Shown: positions 18,085-27,551, counted from the first letter of the stretch. The stretch: DNA of 37,170 bases from Pseudomonadota bacterium (GCA_043718025.1 JAYSWN010000060.1:1-37170); one strand, 5' to 3'. The notes: generated from the sequence alone by a model not told the origin. Made by a program: numbers and translations.

Positions 18085-19605
18085 ATGAACCCACCTAAGC
18101 TTTTTGCTTGGTCACTGCTACTTTGGTTTTTTTTTTCGGCGACCGCTTTCGGCAGATTCGATAATTGCAAATTAGAAACTTTGGTAGATCGGCCCACCGC
18201 TACCCCTGACGAAACCGCATTAATTCAAGAGGGGGCTAAGGTTTTTAAGGTGATAGACGATATGATGGCGGATGGAGTTGCGGCCCTTCCGGCGGGAGGC
18301 AAAGCCCTTAGCATTCCCTCGGCCCACCGCCAGGCTATCATCCGACGATTTGTCGCGGCGTACCTGGATGGCGCCAAAAATAATCCCAAAGACTTTATCG
18401 CCGGTGGAAATGTTGGCCACATGCGGGATCACTTAGAGCTATTCGTACGGCATAAAAAATATCTCGCGCAACAGGGCTTCGATGAAATGTCTTTTCTCTT
18501 AGCGGTGGTGGCTCACGACACGGGCAAGGCTCTCCTCGATAGCGCTATCAATTCGTACTTGGTAGATAAAACAAATGCCCAGATCCCGCGCACGGCATTT
18601 CTCATGCAGCGCGTGCTAAGCCATGAATACCACTCAATCGCTAATGTTCCTAAAATCGTTACAGAGTCGCTAAAGAGAATGGGATTGGATCCGGACACTC
18701 CGGAGGGAAAAGCGCTCGTCGTCAAGTATTCGGGCGAGATCATCGAAGCCATTCGCCTGCACAATGGCGTTGGCATCGCTGGCAACCTAAAGAGTCAGTA
18801 CCCGAGCCTAAACGAGACAGAGCTCGAGCAAGTGCGCAAGGCTTGGTGGGCGAGCTTCAACAAAGCCTTTGCCGAGACCACGGGTTCTCGTTTGGCGCAG
18901 TATGGAGAAAGTGAAGACGCTCCAGTCACGCCGATTGGCCAAGTCTTAAACCTGTTTGATCGCATTACGCTCACCACCGCTAAAGCACCCTGGAAGTTGG
19001 GCACCCAGAACGCCGGATCGATGCCCTTTGGCACTTTTTGGTTGAAAAGTACGTTTGTGGATTCGGCCATCGATAATGACGTTCTTGTGTTAGCTCAGGG
19101 TGAAAAAGTGGTGAGGGGGTTCAGCGGAAAGAGTGAGTCTGAATGGGCCGCGCTGCCCTTCAGCGAGCGACGCAAATTGATCGAAGGAAATCCACTGGTC
19201 GTTGATGGACTTGCTTTAAATACAAACCTTCGTGCCCTGGGCCAAAAAATAATCATCATGAACCAGAAGGAAGTGTTGCAAAGGAAATTCGCGGTGCCCG
19301 AAAACGAAATGCCCATTTCTGCAGCCATGAAATTGAAAGAGGAGGCGGGACCGGCGGCTCAGTACCTATACTGGATAGCTCCCGCCGAATCAGGCACAAA
19401 TTACCGAGTGATTGCCAAAGAAGGGAGTTCGCCCCGCCTAGAAAAGTGGACCGGTCAGCGATGGCAAGAGACGCCGGCTACGCCCGGGCTCAACGAAAGG
19501 ACTCGCAAACCCGGTGACTTTATTGAAAATGACTTTAGAACCCCCACCCACTTATTGATGGCCGTAGTCCGCAGCGCCGGCGCCTGGAAGGGCACCCCGC
19601 CGTAA
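18085..19605 (+). CDS. Exported protein with HD-domain-like motifs
   Basis: Signal peptide ending ATAFG; GHMRDH, VVAHDTGK, SHEYHS, IRLHNG, LFDRI. Confidence 0.7.
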   Translation: MNPPKLFAWSLLLWFFFSATAFGRFDNCKLETLVDRPTATPDETALIQEGAKVFKVIDDMMADGVAALPAGGKALSIPSAHRQAIIRRFVAAYLDGAKNNPKDFIAGGNVGHMRDHLELFVRHKKYLAQQGFDEMSFLLAVVAHDTGKALLDSAINSYLVDKTNAQIPRTAFLMQRVLSHEYHSIANVPKIVTESLKRMGLDPDTPEGKALVVKYSGEIIEAIRLHNGVGIAGNLKSQYPSLNETELEQVRKAWWASFNKAFAETTGSRLAQYGESEDAPVTPIGQVLNLFDRITLTTAKAPWKLGTQNAGSMPFGTFWLKSTFVDSAIDNDVLVLAQGEKVVRGFSGKSESEWAALPFSERRKLIEGNPLVVDGLALNTNLRALGQKIIIMNQKEVLQRKFAVPENEMPISAAMKLKEEAGPAAQYLYWIAPAESGTNYRVIAKEGSSPRLEKWTGQRWQETPATPGLNERTRKPGDFIENDFRTPTHLLMAVVRSAGAWKGTPP

Positions 19606-19613
19606 AGCGCCCG

Positions 19614-20549
19614 TTGATCCGGCCGATTGATTTATGGTACCCATGGGCGTCGGTAGCACGCGAGGGGCACCTGGGATCACTGTCTACATTACTGTTTATA
19701 TTCACTTTTTTATTCAATGCCGCAGCCTTGTCGGTAACCAAGACCTGCGCCCAAAGGCTTGATTCGGCGTGGAACGCTTCGGCTGGGCTGTTGACCATCG
19801 CCTATACCGATAAGGCCATCTTCTCCCTCAATTTAGACGAAGCAGAGGGCACCTGGCAGAGGCAACAGACCAAATTTCCGGTGGAGATTGAAAAGCTTCG
19901 CGTACTGCAAACTTCGGCGCTTCCGTTTCAGCTGAGCGGTTTGGTGGCCGCCGTCGGAAAAGAAGATGCCGGGGGAGTTTGGGTTGGCTCACTCTTATTC
20001 CCCGACGTTGAAAAAATAAAATTCTCGGAGAGCGTGGTCGATGTTGCTTGGCTAAAAGTCTCAACCGATCGCTACCGCCTTTATGTTTTAACCCGTTCCG
20101 CACTCTTTACGCTGAATTGCCTCGAAAAAAATGGGAAGCCGCAGGTAGATAAAAATCCTGTTCTCGTGCACACGTTTTCTGCCGGCGTCGGAGTGCATTC
20201 CTGGGATCGAGTATTCCCCGTTGCCAATGACGAGTTTTATCTCGCTTCAGAAACCGGTAACCTTGGCACCGTCGATGCGGGAGGGGTGCGTAGCGAAAAA
20301 TTTGCCGACTGGGTTCATGAAATGAGAATGGGTAGGGTAAATGATTCCATTTACCTCTGCGGAGTTTTTACCAAAGATAAAATCAAGAGTCTTGATGGCT
20401 GTTTTCGCTACGACTCCAGCCGCGGACAGTGGCAACCCAGTGAGACCCCGACTTCGCTGTTGCGTCCGTTACCCCCCGTTGGCTTTTTCGAGAACCTCAT
20501 TGAGCCTTCCTACCCATTGCGTGTTTTGATGGGGCGCGGCGGATCGTGA
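19614..20549 (+). CDS. Hypothetical exported beta-rich protein
   Basis: 311-aa ORF co-oriented with its neighbours; hydrophobic N-terminal segment; start uncertain. Confidence 0.6.
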   Translation: MIRPIDLWYPWASVAREGHLGSLSTLLFIFTFLFNAAALSVTKTCAQRLDSAWNASAGLLTIAYTDKAIFSLNLDEAEGTWQRQQTKFPVEIEKLRVLQTSALPFQLSGLVAAVGKEDAGGVWVGSLLFPDVEKIKFSESVVDVAWLKVSTDRYRLYVLTRSALFTLNCLEKNGKPQVDKNPVLVHTFSAGVGVHSWDRVFPVANDEFYLASETGNLGTVDAGGVRSEKFADWVHEMRMGRVNDSIYLCGVFTKDKIKSLDGCFRYDSSRGQWQPSETPTSLLRPLPPVGFFENLIEPSYPLRVLMGRGGS

Positions 20550-20562
20550 TAAGATACCGCTC

Positions 20563-21366
20563 ATGCTCGCACGAAATTCTACTCAACTTCGTCCCTTAGT
20601 CATTCTCAGCTTTTGCGTTGGGGGAATTTTGGTGGGCATTTTGGGCTGGTGGTTTTTTAGCTCTTCTAGCCTTTACTGGATTGCCCAAGGGTTAGGGGCG
20701 GTGGAGGGGAAGGCCGCTACCAATTCACTGGAGGCCTTCAAAGAGAGCTACAAGAAGGGTTTTCGTGTATTTGAGATAGATTTACGGCTCACTAAAGACG
20801 ACGAGGTTTGCGCCAGCGCAGAGGAAGCGGCGATGGCAACCGACAAGAAGAAGTTTTTGGCCACTAAGGTGATGGAGAAGTACGAACCGCTCTGTTTGGA
20901 GGGGCTGACGCGGCTCTTGAAGGAGTATCCTGAGGCCTTTTTTGTGCTGGACGTGAACCCTACCAAAGATCCAAACGAGACTTACCGACGCATCTATCAA
21001 AAACTATTTCGCGCCTGGTCAGAAACCACCGAGTTTTGGACTAGAGTGTTTCCCCAGATCTACCAAGAGACAGACCTAGGCTTTCTCAAAGGTTTCTATC
21101 GCTTTCATTCGGTGATTTACAACGTCACCCGTACCAAATCAACCGACGACGCGCTGGTGATGTTTGTAGCGAAGAGCCCCGAAGTCTCTGCCGTTGCCAT
21201 GAGTAAAACGATGTATTCCTCTACCATCGCTAAAGAGGCGCGCCGTGAAAAAAGACAGGTTTACGTGATTGGTGTGAATCAGCTAGCTGAGTCGAAAGCC
21301 TTCATTGCAAAAGGGGCCACGGGTTTTTTCACCGACACCCTCAATCCCCTATCCCAAGTTGAATAG
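20563..21366 (+). CDS. Membrane-anchored glycerophosphodiester phosphodiesterase (GDPD)-fold protein, catalytic His residues apparently absent
   Basis: TNSLEAF...GFRVFEIDLRLTKD...GATGFFTD; IAQG in place of IAH(R/A)G. Confidence 0.78.
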   Translation: MLARNSTQLRPLVILSFCVGGILVGILGWWFFSSSSLYWIAQGLGAVEGKAATNSLEAFKESYKKGFRVFEIDLRLTKDDEVCASAEEAAMATDKKKFLATKVMEKYEPLCLEGLTRLLKEYPEAFFVLDVNPTKDPNETYRRIYQKLFRAWSETTEFWTRVFPQIYQETDLGFLKGFYRFHSVIYNVTRTKSTDDALVMFVAKSPEVSAVAMSKTMYSSTIAKEARREKRQVYVIGVNQLAESKAFIAKGATGFFTDTLNPLSQVE

Positions 21367-21379
21367 AGTGAGTTCCACG

Positions 21380-22756
21380 TTAATGCGCTAAACGTTTAAA
21401 ACCTTGGTAGGCCCATTTGGCGAAACGAAAAGGGGCGTTGTCTTTGCCGATGTGCGTCTTAAAAAAGTCTTTGGCCAAGTCCTCACGTCGTTTGTACCAC
21501 AGCCGACGTGAGCGCTTTTCGTAGGTACGAATATAGGCGGCCACCTCAGTTTTAGTTTTGGCGCGTCCGTTGTCGGCAAACTTGCACACGAAGCCGGTAA
21601 AATAGGGATGCAAACTTACGGCGGGCCAGTCGCCGTGCAAAGTGGTCTTCATGAAATTTCCGATCAGCATGTCATCAAAAACCTCGTATTCAATTGCGGT
21701 CATCAAGGAATGGCGTGGGGCCGAAAAAGTGATTCCACGTGAATGCTGTGCTCGATTGATGTCGATAAAGTTGTCTCGCCCTCCCACTTTTAAGTTGATG
21801 AACCCAATGTGGTCGGCCAGCGATTCTACGGCCTTAAAATAGGCCGCGGCCGTAGCTAAGTCCGTTTTTTCTAACTCGTCGCTCCAGTTATCGCCAAATT
21901 TTTCTGGTTCAAAAACGGTGTGTGGATTTTCTGGCGGATTTATTTTCTCGTACTTATCGTTAACGCAATCGTAGCGCAGAAACGCGGGCAGTAAGGTGCA
22001 TGAGTTGGAAACAAAACCATTGGCGTACTCGGAAAGCCCCGCAGTATAGGCGTCGGCCCATAGGCTATCGCTTCTTTGGTAGCGGTGCATGGAACTTGAG
22101 GGGATAAAATACTTCACCCCCCATTTTTCGCACGCCTCGGCCACGGCCGCTCCAATCGGCGCTTTTTTGGCTGCCTCGGGCGGTAGAAACTTACCTTGTT
22201 CATCGAAAAAATTATTCATGTCGGCGTCGCCGTAGCCCGACAAACAGGTCAAAAATGAGATCGGGTATTTGGCGATGAGGCGTTTTACAAACCAACCCCA
22301 TCCATTCTCACCGCAGTCGTTAGTGTTTGCGACCAGGCGACCATTAATATCTAAAAGGAGAATGGCATCTTGCCCCAGATCGGCAATGCACATCACTTTC
22401 ACACGTTCTGAAATTTGCACCCACTCGCGGCACTTAAGAATATGAACGTCGAAGCCTTCTTTTTTGAGATCGTTGTAGATGCGCCGTCCGACGTGGTCGG
22501 GGATTAAGATCTTTTTTCCTTTAAACAGCGGAAGCGACTCTGCGTTGATATGGTCAGGATGACCGTGTGAAAACCAAACCGTGGGGCTTTGCAGAATGGC
22601 CTGTCGTTGCGCTTCAGGAATGGCGTGGGATAGGCGCCAGCTGCCGAAATAGGCCGATCCTTGGATCCAGGGGTCGGTAACTAGTACCGGATTTTTATCG
22701 TAAGCGATGATCGTGGCATTGCCGATGGTGTCGAAACCGCAGTCGCTAGATATCAT
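21380..22756 (-). CDS. MBL-fold metallo-hydrolase (UlaG/CMP-Neu5Ac hydroxylase-like)
   Basis: GNA, TDPWIQGSAYFGSW, WFSHGHPDH, NTNDC; start at the ATG 22756 after GAGG. Confidence 0.82.
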   Translation of the reverse strand: MISSDCGFDTIGNATIIAYDKNPVLVTDPWIQGSAYFGSWRLSHAIPEAQRQAILQSPTVWFSHGHPDHINAESLPLFKGKKILIPDHVGRRIYNDLKKEGFDVHILKCREWVQISERVKVMCIADLGQDAILLLDINGRLVANTNDCGENGWGWFVKRLIAKYPISFLTCLSGYGDADMNNFFDEQGKFLPPEAAKKAPIGAAVAEACEKWGVKYFIPSSSMHRYQRSDSLWADAYTAGLSEYANGFVSNSCTLLPAFLRYDCVNDKYEKINPPENPHTVFEPEKFGDNWSDELEKTDLATAAAYFKAVESLADHIGFINLKVGGRDNFIDINRAQHSRGITFSAPRHSLMTAIEYEVFDDMLIGNFMKTTLHGDWPAVSLHPYFTGFVCKFADNGRAKTKTEVAAYIRTYEKRSRRLWYKRREDLAKDFFKTHIGKDNAPFRFAKWAYQGFKRLAH

Positions 22757-22818
22757 GATGAGCCTCGTTCCGAGAATGATATCGCTCCTGGTGTCTATTC
22801 TCAAACTGGGTGGTCAAA

Positions 22819-23223
22819 TTAGGAAGTTTCGGCCAGGCATTTTCTGATCGCCGCTGGCAAACCGCCCATAATCTCATCCTTCGACAAAGCGTCCGTCGCT
22901 CCTGCAGTGATGAGTTGTTCCGGGGTAATGCCCGCCGCCTCAAAATCGCTCGAAATCACGATGACGTGAGTGCGTACAAATTGTTTTTTGATTTGACGCA
23001 TTAATTCGTGTCCATTCATGCCGGGCATGCAGAAATCGGTAACCACGACATCGGCGGGCACTTCTTTCAAGGCTTCTAAGGCCTCTACTCCACCGTTGGC
23101 GGCACGTACAGTTTGTTTAAACTCCAACTCAAGAATGAACTTAATCGATTGGCGAGAAAGCGGATCGTCATCGACGACCAAGATATTCAAATAGTTTTTG
23201 GGTTCAGGGGATCTTGTCTCCAT
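22819..23223 (-). CDS. Single-domain response regulator receiver
   Basis: ILVVDDD, VVTDFCMPGMNG, VIVIS, GATDALSK. Confidence 0.92.
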   Translation of the reverse strand: METRSPEPKNYLNILVVDDDPLSRQSIKFILELEFKQTVRAANGGVEALEALKEVPADVVVTDFCMPGMNGHELMRQIKKQFVRTHVIVISSDFEAAGITPEQLITAGATDALSKDEIMGGLPAAIRKCLAETS

Positions 23224-23301
23224 GTTTTGGCTCCTTTAAGCCATAAACATGTTCCTTTTGTCGCCCGCCCTCGACCGAACCAATCGATCCGGTCATCAAA
23301 T

Positions 23302-24450
23302 TTAGGCCTTAGATTCTGCGGAGGAGGTCAAAAGCCTGTCCCGATACGCCGAAGGAGTGCTGTGGTTCACTTTCTTGAATACTTCATTAAAAACCGATTT
23401 CGATTTGAAGCCGCTCTCCATGGCCACCCCTAAAAGGTTTAGGTGAGACTTTTTGGGGTCAACCAAAATTGATTCCGCCGTTCGAATACGGTGGTGGTTA
23501 ACCAGATCGTAAAAGGTCGTGTTCATCCCCCGATTAAGCACTTCAGAGGCGCGGTACGGTTTGACTTGAATCGCTGCCGCGAGATCGGAAAGACGAAGAT
23601 CGGGATCAAGGTGGGGCGATTCCTTTTCGAACCAGAGCCGTAGACATTTCACCAATTTTTCTAACTCGTCCGGGCCAAGCTTTGATCCCCCGGTCTCACT
23701 TAAAATCCCTTCGGATTCGACATCACTATTCTCCGGCACTTCCAGTTTAATCTGCGCCGCAAAAATGGGCGATACAATCAGGGAGAACAGAGCTAAGGCC
23801 ATCAGCGAAAAGAGCAATGCCACGGGCAATATTTTCCAAACCGGAACGGAGGGGCCAGTCAGAACGTCTAGGCAGTTGATGAGAAAGAGCGTGGAGGAGA
23901 TAAACAGAAGCAGACGCAGCCACTTCAAGTGGAGAGCGGTCAGGTTGGAAACATGCTCTTTTGTTCGGCGAGTAAAGTCGCCGACGAGGCGCCAGGCTGC
24001 AAATAAATAGGGGACCGTGATTAAAGTCTTTATCGTCAACCGGGCGAATCGTTCCGTATCGAGGGTCGGTCCTGGCCGAAAGAACGCCTCTCCCCCCCAC
24101 GTTCTAATCGACAAAAGCCAAGCTGAGCCAAACAGAAAAGGCACAAGGTGCCAGAGATGGCGACGGCTAAGGCAAAAATTCGGGGTAGTGAGTGCCTCAA
24201 AGTAAAGGTAGACAAGACTGACTTCCAAGAGCCCAAACGGAAACGCGACGCCAATCAAAAAAGGATGCGCAAAGATGGCTCCTGTGCTTCTAAGTAAAAG
24301 AAGACAATGCTGAAATAACCCACAGAGAATGCCTGCCGCTAAAAGCCGATTGGCAACCGACCGTTCGCGCGAGAACAAAAGGGCCAGGATCAACAATAGC
24401 CCGAAGACTTCGGTAAAATGGGCCTCGCCGGTAAGGATGGACAGCAGCAT
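23302..24450 (-). CDS. Membrane-anchored AraC family regulator
   Basis: Multiple N-terminal TMs; C-terminal LDPDLRLSDLA...SEVLN...FYDLVN...VAMESGFKSKSVFNEVFKK..TPSAYR. Confidence 0.92.
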   Translation of the reverse strand: MLLSILTGEAHFTEVFGLLLILALLFSRERSVANRLLAAGILCGLFQHCLLLLRSTGAIFAHPFLIGVAFPFGLLEVSLVYLYFEALTTPNFCLSRRHLWHLVPFLFGSAWLLSIRTWGGEAFFRPGPTLDTERFARLTIKTLITVPYLFAAWRLVGDFTRRTKEHVSNLTALHLKWLRLLLFISSTLFLINCLDVLTGPSVPVWKILPVALLFSLMALALFSLIVSPIFAAQIKLEVPENSDVESEGILSETGGSKLGPDELEKLVKCLRLWFEKESPHLDPDLRLSDLAAAIQVKPYRASEVLNRGMNTTFYDLVNHHRIRTAESILVDPKKSHLNLLGVAMESGFKSKSVFNEVFKKVNHSTPSAYRDRLLTSSAESKA

Positions 24451-24556
24451 TGCGCGTCATTCTATAGTCAGTGTCCAATTGTGGCAAAGGGGGCTGACAA
24501 GCTTTTGCGAAGCCTGTTTTTTCTGGCATGATAAGGCTCATCCTCAGGAAAAGTTA

Positions 24557-25522
24557 ATGCCGCTACCGTGGATCCGCAGCTTATTCATTGCCCTGGCCCT
24601 ACACCTTTCGGTCTTTGCGCTGGCAAACGGGGTTGGAAGCTGCCCTATATACTTTGGAGCGCTGCTGTCTCGTCCGCCGGTATCGGATCGCGATCTTTTT
24701 GAAATCGCTTCCCAATTTAAAGGCGAGCACGAAGGAAAGGCTCCTGCCTTCGATGGGGTCTTTCCCCCGGTATTTGTCCTCTACTTTAGTCCCGAGCAAG
24801 CCAAGGATTTGCGAGTGGAATTTCAAAACGGCAAGTTGATTCCGAAACCAGATAGCGAACTCCATAAAGCAATGAAAAAAGAGAGTCAGTTGCTAGTCGT
24901 GCAATCGGCCGACATGACCACCTATCTTAGCAAGCTGGAGAAAGGGAAAATTCACCACTCTTCCTTTTTGGGAGGGGCGCCGGTACGCTTTGCCGGAGAA
25001 GCTCACGGTAAATTTACCGAGCGCATTGGTTTTGAAATAGAAGTGCTTACCAATCGCACCGGGCATTACCTGGTTACACCGGGCGCCATGAAGCGAGCTC
25101 TCATTCATTTCAATAAAAATGGAGTTCACGTTTCCGACGTAAAAATTGACGGTGAGGTGAGTTCGGTCATCGTCAGCGAAGCTGATTTCCTCCATGCGGT
25201 TTCTGATGATTGCGCCTCGCAGATTCAAGCAATTGAGCAACTCATTTTGTTTGCGCCCCGTGAGGAGACTCGCGCCTTGATGCGCGACAATTTAGTGGTG
25301 CAACAGGTGTGGAACTTAGTGGCCGCACGCGCTTTGTGGAACGAAGCGGTCAACGGCAAGACCGCGGACGTACGGGCTGGCCATGAGTTTGATCTGCAGG
25401 ACTACTTATCCGAGGCAAAAAAGAAAGACCCAAAACTGTATAAGGAAGGGATTGAGAAGCTAAAACTCTCAATTTCCAATGAACAAGAGAGGCAGAAATT
25501 TGAACGGCTGATCCCAAAATAG
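24557..25522 (+). CDS. Exported protein with HHSSFL-G/AGE/N-(S/T)GHY (IQM-like) domain
   Basis: Signal peptide from the ATG at 24557; IHHSSFLGGAPVRFAGE...LTNRTGHY. Confidence 0.65.
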   Translation: MPLPWIRSLFIALALHLSVFALANGVGSCPIYFGALLSRPPVSDRDLFEIASQFKGEHEGKAPAFDGVFPPVFVLYFSPEQAKDLRVEFQNGKLIPKPDSELHKAMKKESQLLVVQSADMTTYLSKLEKGKIHHSSFLGGAPVRFAGEAHGKFTERIGFEIEVLTNRTGHYLVTPGAMKRALIHFNKNGVHVSDVKIDGEVSSVIVSEADFLHAVSDDCASQIQAIEQLILFAPREETRALMRDNLVVQQVWNLVAARALWNEAVNGKTADVRAGHEFDLQDYLSEAKKKDPKLYKEGIEKLKLSISNEQERQKFERLIPK

Positions 25523-25710
25523 CCGAACCAAAGCGCGGCCATTCTGGGTTACGGCTCTTACCGTTAGGAAATAGGCGAGGAGGGTTACGCCGCTCTTTGA
25601 TCAACTATTTTGTCGATAAGGTGATTGATTTAGGGCGGTTAGCGCTGCCAGTGCGGTTTGAGTGATACATTCCTATTTCTAATTTTTCTTACTCTTACTA
25701 GAATACTCCG

Positions 25711-26529
25711 GTGAACAAAAAGTGGCCCATCCTTTGCGTTTTGCCATGGCTAATTTGCTTAGCCGTTTTCGGCGCCAAGAAACCTAAGACGCTCACGGCA
25801 CCTAGGAACCCGGTTGATAGTTGTGTTACAAATCTTTTTTTGATGGGCACCGGTGAGGTCCAACAACCTTTTTTCCTTCCAAAACAGACGTGGCGGCGGG
25901 TTTCGGGAATTCCCCAATTGGGCGCGGGGGTTTCCGAACACTATTTGGCCGCCTTTGAGTCCACCTCGCCGACTGGGAATATAGTTTGCAAAATCGTTCC
26001 CCTTTCCGTTAGTGAACCCTCAGCCGAAGCCAATCAAATCAGAATTAGTACCATCGCTGCGAATAATGAAAAGTTTCGGGCGGGGGGTTTTTCCACAGGG
26101 CTGGTTGGATTTATCGATAAAGGGGCTTTGGCCGTTGAAGTTGCAAAGAATCCCGTCCATTTCCCTTCTTTCCCCGCCGAGGATGCGGCCTTCGGAATAG
26201 CCTTCCAAAAAATCCCGGGCCTTTGGGCCTACACCCAGAACTCAAAGTTGGTTCCCAGTTATTTCAAAAACTGGTCAAAGGCGAAGCTCAATCGGGTAAT
26301 CAGGGGCCTTGATCAGTTTGAAGGCCTTTGTCGGACGCACGGCTTATGGGTCACCTCTCCCCAGTTCGGAATTACGCCCGGTGGGCAATTGGTTCCTCTC
26401 CACATTGATCGATATGAAGAAGCGAATAATCGAGAGTTAGACCTTACCGTTCAGAGAACGCAGCTGAAGGAGCTATGGGAACAGCAGAAAAAAACGGGGC
26501 CTCCTAGCGACGGCGCTTCTGATTCGTAA
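25711..26529 (+). CDS. Exported kinase-like fold protein, probable pseudokinase
   Basis: Signal peptide; LGAGVSE, VCKIV, SPQF, LHIDRY; paralogous to 26504..27430. Confidence 0.6.
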   Translation: MNKKWPILCVLPWLICLAVFGAKKPKTLTAPRNPVDSCVTNLFLMGTGEVQQPFFLPKQTWRRVSGIPQLGAGVSEHYLAAFESTSPTGNIVCKIVPLSVSEPSAEANQIRISTIAANNEKFRAGGFSTGLVGFIDKGALAVEVAKNPVHFPSFPAEDAAFGIAFQKIPGLWAYTQNSKLVPSYFKNWSKAKLNRVIRGLDQFEGLCRTHGLWVTSPQFGITPGGQLVPLHIDRYEEANNRELDLTVQRTQLKELWEQQKKTGPPSDGASDS

Positions 26530-27430
26530 TTTGAGAATATTCCGCATCGGAATATTTTTTTCCTGAATTTTTTTCCCAAATCAAAACCAACCGGTCTACC
26601 TCACCGTTTAAATGAATGGCCTCTTTATCATTATCACTTCTCCTAAAACGGTACATGTCGAGATCGCCGAATTGAATTAGTACCTCGCCAGATTTGTTTT
26701 GACTGATGAAGAGCTGCGCGTCGGACGCCACAATTTTTAAGTCGTGGAGCTTAGATTCCATCACCTTAATGCGACGAAGAACCGTCGTGAGTTTTTCATG
26801 GCTCCAATCGGCGACAAAATCGGGGGCAACCTCTGGCCTGCTACGTGTCATGTTCCAAGCGCCGCTCATGTTCTCCATTAAAACTCCAACCGTGACGGTC
26901 GCCGGAATAATTTGGCCATGCTTCTCATTCAAATCCCCATTCAACTGTTTCATTTCGGGGGTTAAGACTACGCCGTAGAGTTTAGGGGCGTACCCCAGTT
27001 CACCTAAAAAAGCATGAATTAGCACGTAGTCTTCAAAGGCTTGGTTGTTTGTGTTTTTCCCGTCGAACGTGTCGATCTCGTAATTTAATTTTTCAACTTC
27101 GAAAGCGGTGGCTAGGGATCGCTTTAAAACTACGTTGCGGCCAAAATGGCGAGTGGCAACCTGATAGACCCCCGAGTTAGAGGCGCCGCGGTCTGGGGTA
27201 TCTAACATGTTGAGAAAGGTAATTCCCTCGCTGAGGTCAACTTCATTGGCCAAAAGGATTTTTCCTTTGACGAACTCTTGCGCTTTTTCGCGACGCTTTA
27301 ATAAAAGGCGGTAAGGCGTTTCTGCACGATAGGCCAGGTGAACCAGAACACCCTGACACACAATCCAGGTAGGCTTTGCCCAGGCGATGGTTGAGCAGGC
27401 AATCAATAAAAAGAGCGATAGATTTTTCAA
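26504..27430 (-). CDS. Exported atypical protein kinase-like protein
   Basis: Signal peptide (TTG 27430); RGASNSGVY, VVLKR, APKLYG, VLMEN, SDAQL, FGDLD. Confidence 0.65.
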   Translation of the reverse strand: MKNLSLFLLIACSTIAWAKPTWIVCQGVLVHLAYRAETPYRLLLKRREKAQEFVKGKILLANEVDLSEGITFLNMLDTPDRGASNSGVYQVATRHFGRNVVLKRSLATAFEVEKLNYEIDTFDGKNTNNQAFEDYVLIHAFLGELGYAPKLYGVVLTPEMKQLNGDLNEKHGQIIPATVTVGVLMENMSGAWNMTRSRPEVAPDFVADWSHEKLTTVLRRIKVMESKLHDLKIVASDAQLFISQNKSGEVLIQFGDLDMYRFRRSDNDKEAIHLNGEVDRLVLIWEKNSGKKYSDAEYSQITNQKRRR

Positions 27431-27551
27431 TGCGTTCGCACCGTGCTCTAAGTCTAGCAACTCCGCTTAGGGTTTGCCACTCTTGCGCCCGGAAGGAAGC
27501 GGTAAGAACAACCCCAACTTCAGCGCGTGATCGCGATCCAATTGCTCACGG

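Noticed and set aside
15829..21366. Integron (integrase plus cassette array)
   Set aside because: No IntI-specific insertion is evident, downstream genes are co-oriented with the recombinase, and no recurring attC sites were seen.
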